Below, in pieces: positions 59,378 through 64,000 of a DNA stretch of 64,000 nt. The stretch lies in contig JAZQOV010000001.1 in the NCBI GenBank assembly GCA_045628045.1, positions 32,001 through 96,000 of the forward strand, written 5' to 3'. Position 1 is the stretch's first letter. Each line of letters opens with the position of its first letter. Both the position numbers and the translations under genes were made by a program. Source of the DNA: Bacilli bacterium (GTDB lineage Bacteria > Bacillota_I > Bacilli_A > RFN20 > CAG-826). The notes below the pieces were generated by a model. It saw only the letters and a program-made list of their open reading frames with translations, made no database searches and was not told the DNA's origin.

Positions 59378-61897
59378 ATGGCAGACGAAATCAAAAAAAC
59401 TGTTGAAGCAGGTATTGCTTCCGGTACAGAAGACACAGATCTTTCTCAATTAGTCAAAGACTCATTCCTTGACTACGCAATGTCAGTTATCGTTGCTCGT
59501 GCTATTCCAGATGTTCGTGATGGTTGTAAACCAGTTCACCGTAGAGTCATCTATGGCATGCATGTAACAGGCATGTTCCCAGGAACTCCTTTCAAAAAGA
59601 GTGCCCGTATTGTTGGTGACGTTATGGGTAAATATCACCCACACGGCGACGCTGCAATTTACTCAACTTTAGTTAGACTTGCTCAACCATTCGCAATGCG
59701 TTATACACTCGTCGATGGACATGGTAACTTCGGTTCTATGGACGGCGATGAGCCAGCTGCTATGCGTTATACAGAAGCAAGAATGACAAAACTTGCCACC
59801 GAAATGGTCAGAGACCTTAACTGTAATACAGTTAACATGGTTGATAACTACGACGGTACTGAACAAGAACCAGAAGTTTTACCATCTAGATTCCCAAATA
59901 TCCTTGTTAATGGATCTAATGGTATTGCTGTTGGTATGGCAACTTATATTCCAACACATAACTTAGGCGAAACAATCGACGCAGTTATTGCTGTTGCAAA
60001 AAATCCTGAAATTACTCCAATTGAGATTATGCAAGATTACCTCCATGGTCCTGACTTCCCAACTGGCGCAACAATTTTAGGAAGAACCGGAATCAAAGAT
60101 TATTTTGAAACTGGTACAGGTTCAATCGTTATTAGATCAAAAGCTGAAATTAAAGAAAACGAAAGAACTGGTAAAAAACAAATTATTGTTACAGAAATTC
60201 CATATCAAGTTAACAAAGCAACAATGATTGAGTCAATTGCTCATCTTGTTAGAGATAAAGTTATTGATGGAATTACTGATATTCGTGATGAATCTTCAAA
60301 AGGTGATGTCCGTATCGTTATCGATGTAAGACATGATGCCATTCCAGAAGTTATCTTAAATCAACTTTATAAGATGACTCAACTTCAAACAAGTATGGGT
60401 ATTATTATGCTCTGCCTTGTTGATGGCGCACCAAAAGTTCTTCCAGTTACAGAAATTTTAAAACATTACCTTGATTTCCAAGTTGATGTTGTCGAAAGAA
60501 GAACAAAGTTCTTACTTGCAAAAGACGAAGCTCGTGATCATATCGTTGTTGGCTTACTTAAAGCTATTGGCGATATCGACGCAATCGTTGAAACAATTAA
60601 GAAGAGTGCGACTCCAGAAGATGCTACAAAAGCATTAATGGATAAGTTTGGATTCTCTGAAGAACAAACAGCTGCTATTCTCGCTATGACTCTCCGTAGA
60701 CTTACTGGTCTTGAAGAAGGAAAACTCGAAGAAGAAAGAGCTCAACTTGAAGCAAATATTGCTAACTATCATCACATTCTTGAAAGTAGAGCAAACGTTA
60801 CTGAAGTTGTTGTTAATGAACTTCTTGAAATTAAAGAAAAATATAGCGATGATCGCCGTACTGAAATTTCTGATGAAGCAGCAACAATCGAAGATGAAGC
60901 TTTAATTCCACAAAAGGAAATTGTCATCACATTATCCAAGAATAACTATGTTAAGAGAATGGAAGCAGATACATTCCGTACTCAAAACCGTGGTGGTCGC
61001 GGAGTCCGTGGTGCAGCCTTAAATGATGAAGATGAAGTTTCAATTATGCTTCACACAAGAACACATATTGACATTATGTTCTTCTCTAATCTCGGACGCG
61101 TTTATAGATTAAGAGGTTACATGATTCCAGAAGGATCAAGAATTTCAAAAGGAATTCCAATGCAACAATTACTTAATCTTGAAAAAGGTGAGAAGATTAT
61201 GTCTATCATACCAATTGAAGACTACTCAGAAGGCAACTTCTTATTCTTCGCAACTAAAGATGGTATTGTTAAACGTACATCAGTTGCTGAATTCGAATCA
61301 GTCAGAAAGAATGGTAAGATCGCTATTACTTTACGTGAAGGCGACGCATTACTTGATGTTAAATACACAACGGGCGATGTCACTGTTTGCTTAGCAAGTA
61401 GCAAAGGTAAACTTGTTAAGTTTAATGAAACTCAAGCAAGACCTCTTGGAAGAACTGCTTCCGGTGTTAAAGGTATCGAACTTGATGAAGGCGCAGTTGT
61501 TGTTGGCATGACCACATCACTTGAGGGAAATTACATTCTTGTCATTACTTCACACGGTTTCGGTAAGATGTCTGAAATCGGCGAATACCGTGAAACAAAA
61601 CGTGGCGCAAAAGGTGTTACTACACTTAACGCAACAGTTAAGGCTGGTAAGCTTGTTGCAATGAGAGCAGTCAATGGTGATGAAGACTTAATGATGGTTA
61701 CTAATGGCGGGACAGTTATTAGAATCCCACTTGAACAAGTCAAGGTTGCACACCGTGTAACTCAAGGCGTCAAAGTTATTAGACTTGAAGACGATAAACA
61801 AAGAGTTTCATCTATTACTGTTGTTCCACATGAAGAAGCTTCAGAGGGTGAAGAAGCAGTAGAAGAAGCTCCAGTAGCCGAAGAAGCTGCAAACTAA
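59378..61897 (+). CDS. gyrA: DNA gyrase subunit A
   Basis: YHPHGD, AAMRYTE, GyrA-box QNRGGRG and acidic tail. Confidence 0.98.
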   Translation: MADEIKKTVEAGIASGTEDTDLSQLVKDSFLDYAMSVIVARAIPDVRDGCKPVHRRVIYGMHVTGMFPGTPFKKSARIVGDVMGKYHPHGDAAIYSTLVRLAQPFAMRYTLVDGHGNFGSMDGDEPAAMRYTEARMTKLATEMVRDLNCNTVNMVDNYDGTEQEPEVLPSRFPNILVNGSNGIAVGMATYIPTHNLGETIDAVIAVAKNPEITPIEIMQDYLHGPDFPTGATILGRTGIKDYFETGTGSIVIRSKAEIKENERTGKKQIIVTEIPYQVNKATMIESIAHLVRDKVIDGITDIRDESSKGDVRIVIDVRHDAIPEVILNQLYKMTQLQTSMGIIMLCLVDGAPKVLPVTEILKHYLDFQVDVVERRTKFLLAKDEARDHIVVGLLKAIGDIDAIVETIKKSATPEDATKALMDKFGFSEEQTAAILAMTLRRLTGLEEGKLEEERAQLEANIANYHHILESRANVTEVVVNELLEIKEKYSDDRRTEISDEAATIEDEALIPQKEIVITLSKNNYVKRMEADTFRTQNRGGRGVRGAALNDEDEVSIMLHTRTHIDIMFFSNLGRVYRLRGYMIPEGSRISKGIPMQQLLNLEKGEKIMSIIPIEDYSEGNFLFFATKDGIVKRTSVAEFESVRKNGKIAITLREGDALLDVKYTTGDVTVCLASSKGKLVKFNETQARPLGRTASGVKGIELDEGAVVVGMTTSLEGNYILVITSHGFGKMSEIGEYRETKRGAKGVTTLNATVKAGKLVAMRAVNGDEDLMMVTNGGTVIRIPLEQVKVAHRVTQGVKVIRLEDDKQRVSSITVVPHEEASEGEEAVEEAPVAEEAAN

Positions 61898-61989
61898 AAA
61901 TATCCGCAAAAAAGTGTAGATTTTGAAAAGTTATGTGCGAATTTCCTATGATTTTCGCACATAACTAATTAAAGAAAGAAGGATTGAAT

Positions 61990-63270
61990 ATGATTGATAT
62001 TAAATTAATTCTTGATGATCCTAAAGCTATTGAAGCAAAGTTAGCCAAGAAAGGATGCAAAGTTGATTTTGCACCTCTTGTTGAACTTTCTAAAAAACGT
62101 AAGGAACTTCTTTTAAGTGTTGAGAATGCAAAAGCAGAAAGAAATAAACTTTCCGCAAGTGTTCCGCAAGTTAAAAAAGAAGGCGGAGATGTTAATGCAA
62201 TTTTTGCAAAGGTCAAAGAGATTGCTGCAAAGAGTGCAAAAGACGAAGAAGAACTTAATAGAGTTGAGGAAGAAATTAAAAACTTTATTCTTCCACTTCC
62301 AAATTTACCAGATGATGATTTACTTGCTGGCGGAAAAGAGAATAACAAAGTTATTCATGAATATGGAAAACCAATTAAGTTTGATTTTGAAGCAAAAAAT
62401 CACGTTGATTTATGTGAATCACTTGGCTTAATTGATTATGAACGTGGCGCAAAAATGAGCGGACACGGATGTTGGGTTTACACAGGCCTTGGCGCTCAAC
62501 TTGAATGGGCACTTCTTAATTTCTTCATTAGTGAACATCTTAAAGATGGATACACAATGATTCTTCCTCCACATATGCTTAATGAAGAATCTGGTTATGT
62601 TGCAGGTCAATTCCCAAAATTTAAAGAAGATGTTTTCTGGCTTAGCAATGCTGAACCAAAGAAATTCATTCTTCCTACAGCAGAAACAGCCTTAGTTAAT
62701 ATGCATAGAGATGAAATTCTCTCCGAAGATGAACTTCCAAAGAAATATTTCGCTTACACTCCATGCTATCGTAGAGAAGCAGGCACATATCGAACCGAAG
62801 AACGCGGTATGATTAGAGGTTATCAATTTAATAAAATTGAAATGTTCCAATACACCACAGAAGAAGGCGATCAACCTGCATTTGAAGAACTTGTAAAAAA
62901 AGCAATTTCGCTCCTTGATAAGTTAGGTCTTACATTCCGTGTTTCTAAACTTGCAGCAGAAGATATTACTGCATCAATGGCTAGAACATATGATATTGAA
63001 ATATATATTCCATCAATTGGAATTTACAAAGAAGTAAGTTCTGTTTCAACAGCACATGATTATCAAGCAAGACGTGGAATGATTAGATATCGTGATAAAG
63101 CAACAGGCAAAACCAAATATGCTCATACATTAAATGGTTCTGGCTTAGCAACTTCGCGTGTATTTCCAGCTTTAGTGGAACAATTCCAACAAAAAGATGG
63201 ATCAATTAAAATTCCAGAAGTGCTTAGACCATGGATGGGCGGACTTGAATATATCAAGCCAAAGAAATAA
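61990..63270 (+). CDS. serS: Seryl-tRNA synthetase
   Basis: Start ATG 61990 (GAAGGA SD); LPTAET, YRREAG, RG.IR..QF.K.E and HTLNGSGLA motifs. Confidence 0.97.
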   Translation: MIDIKLILDDPKAIEAKLAKKGCKVDFAPLVELSKKRKELLLSVENAKAERNKLSASVPQVKKEGGDVNAIFAKVKEIAAKSAKDEEELNRVEEEIKNFILPLPNLPDDDLLAGGKENNKVIHEYGKPIKFDFEAKNHVDLCESLGLIDYERGAKMSGHGCWVYTGLGAQLEWALLNFFISEHLKDGYTMILPPHMLNEESGYVAGQFPKFKEDVFWLSNAEPKKFILPTAETALVNMHRDEILSEDELPKKYFAYTPCYRREAGTYRTEERGMIRGYQFNKIEMFQYTTEEGDQPAFEELVKKAISLLDKLGLTFRVSKLAAEDITASMARTYDIEIYIPSIGIYKEVSSVSTAHDYQARRGMIRYRDKATGKTKYAHTLNGSGLATSRVFPALVEQFQQKDGSIKIPEVLRPWMGGLEYIKPKK

Positions 63271-63293
63271 TTCCTAAAAAAGAAAGGTCTCAA

Positions 63294-63998
63294 TTATGAG
63301 ACCTTTTTTACTGCCAATTTCTGTTTTCTTTTTATTTTTAAATTTCTCCACAGAAGTCCAAGATAAGTTGAAAGAGGGAACACAATAATAAACGAAACTA
63401 AATAAGGCCAAAATATTACTGGCTCATCTCCTAAAAGCGGAGTAAGAATCTGAGCGGACACATTTAAAATAATTATCCAGGAAATAATATAGATTTCGTT
63501 AATTGCACTGCTGAATTTAAAGATTGCTTTGTTAAGAAACTTAGGAGTAATCTTGCAGATGAAATGGAATAATGCAAATTCCACAAAAACAACGCCTATT
63601 GCCGCAAGAGCATAAATAAGTGAGCCAACATATTCAGGATCGGTTTCAGCATAGGTTATAAAATAACCTTCAAGACCTAAATGGTAATCTAAAAGTAAAA
63701 CTGTTGTAGTAAGTACTGCTCCAGCAACTCCAAGAATTATATAAAATCTATTTAAGTTCTTAAGTTTTTTAATTGTTACACCTAGAGTGTTTCCGACCGC
63801 TACAAAAATAAACCATGAGCAGAATGAGAAAACAGTTACTGGGTCAGTTAAGTCTTCGCTAACAAAGTTAACTGGAATAAAAGATCCAAGAAGAAGTGAT
63901 TCTGTAAAGCTGCTTGGTTCTTTCACTTTAAATATTTCTGAAATAATTAATAAGATAATAGCAACAATTAAGATAATAAGATCATTATGTTTTTTAAT
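63294..63998 (-). CDS. Polytopic membrane protein, possibly acyltransferase-3-like (5' end outside window)
   Basis: Frame stays open to the window edge; multiple TM segments; S..INEIYIISW resembles the AT3 C-terminal IY..H motif. Confidence 0.5.
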   Translation of the reverse strand: MKKHNDLIILIVAIILLIISEIFKVKEPSSFTESLLLGSFIPVNFVSEDLTDPVTVFSFCSWFIFVAVGNTLGVTIKKLKNLNRFYIILGVAGAVLTTTVLLLDYHLGLEGYFITYAETDPEYVGSLIYALAAIGVVFVEFALFHFICKITPKFLNKAIFKFSSAINEIYIISWIIILNVSAQILTPLLGDEPVIFWPYLVSFIIVFPLSTYLGLLWRNLKIKRKQKLAVKKVS

Positions 63999-64000
63999 TA

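Noticed and set aside
3256-62000. Extended N-termini in the ORF track (3256, 14654, 21851, 28686, 30356, 35782, 42837, 42892, 48881, 61984)
   Set aside because: Downstream ATGs have SDs, ATGA coupling or family-typical N-termini; the extensions run through promoters or neighbouring genes.
748-62874. Many 60-145 aa ORFs antisense to or nested in long genes (e.g. 11468-11845, 46052-46489, 61965-62348, 9162-9521)
   Set aside because: Shadow ORFs of real genes, with no SD or promoter support and no recognisable motifs.
1-64000. Mycoplasma-type code (TGA=Trp)
   Set aside because: TGA ends full-length conserved genes (thiT, yycJ, dusB, pth, ispE, rnmV, tatD, yaaA), often in ATGA overlaps, and conserved Trp positions use TGG.

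Overview
Low-GC chromosomal window spanning the replication origin of a reduced-genome, Mollicutes-like member of the Bacilli. An uncultured RFN20/RF39-type lineage is inferred from gene content and order, not from a database search. TGA is used as a stop codon and AGG encodes Arg at conserved positions. The core origin region is rpmH<-oriC->dnaA-dnaN-yaaA-recF-gyrB-gyrA-serS. To its left lie rnpA-yidC-jag-mnmE-tatD-rnmV-rsmA-ispE, ppdK, pth-mfd-tilS-ftsH-dusB-lysS, rpsF-ssb-rpsR, gdpP-rplI-dnaB-yycJ, tmRNA, a Na+-pyrophosphatase and rlmH. An accessory surface-glycan region (about 3.3-16 kb) holds three GT4 glycosyltransferases, a Wzx flippase, a TupA-like ATP-grasp protein, an O-antigen ligase/polymerase-like protein and a 1424-aa Ig-repeat lipoprotein. 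Non-coding elements are a TPP riboswitch, tmRNA, an S6:S18 leader and a bipartite oriC with DnaA-trios. No transposase, integrase, prophage, CRISPR, rRNA or tRNA was seen. The most notable signals are: no in-frame CGG codon found in any called gene (manual scan); an unannotated terminator/antiterminator switch ahead of the giant lipoprotein; twin, separately promoted 74-aa membrane peptides beside an orphan STAS gene; a histone-H1-like PAKK tail on FtsH; an unusual tmRNA tag ending CCLA; and several apparently leaderless genes.
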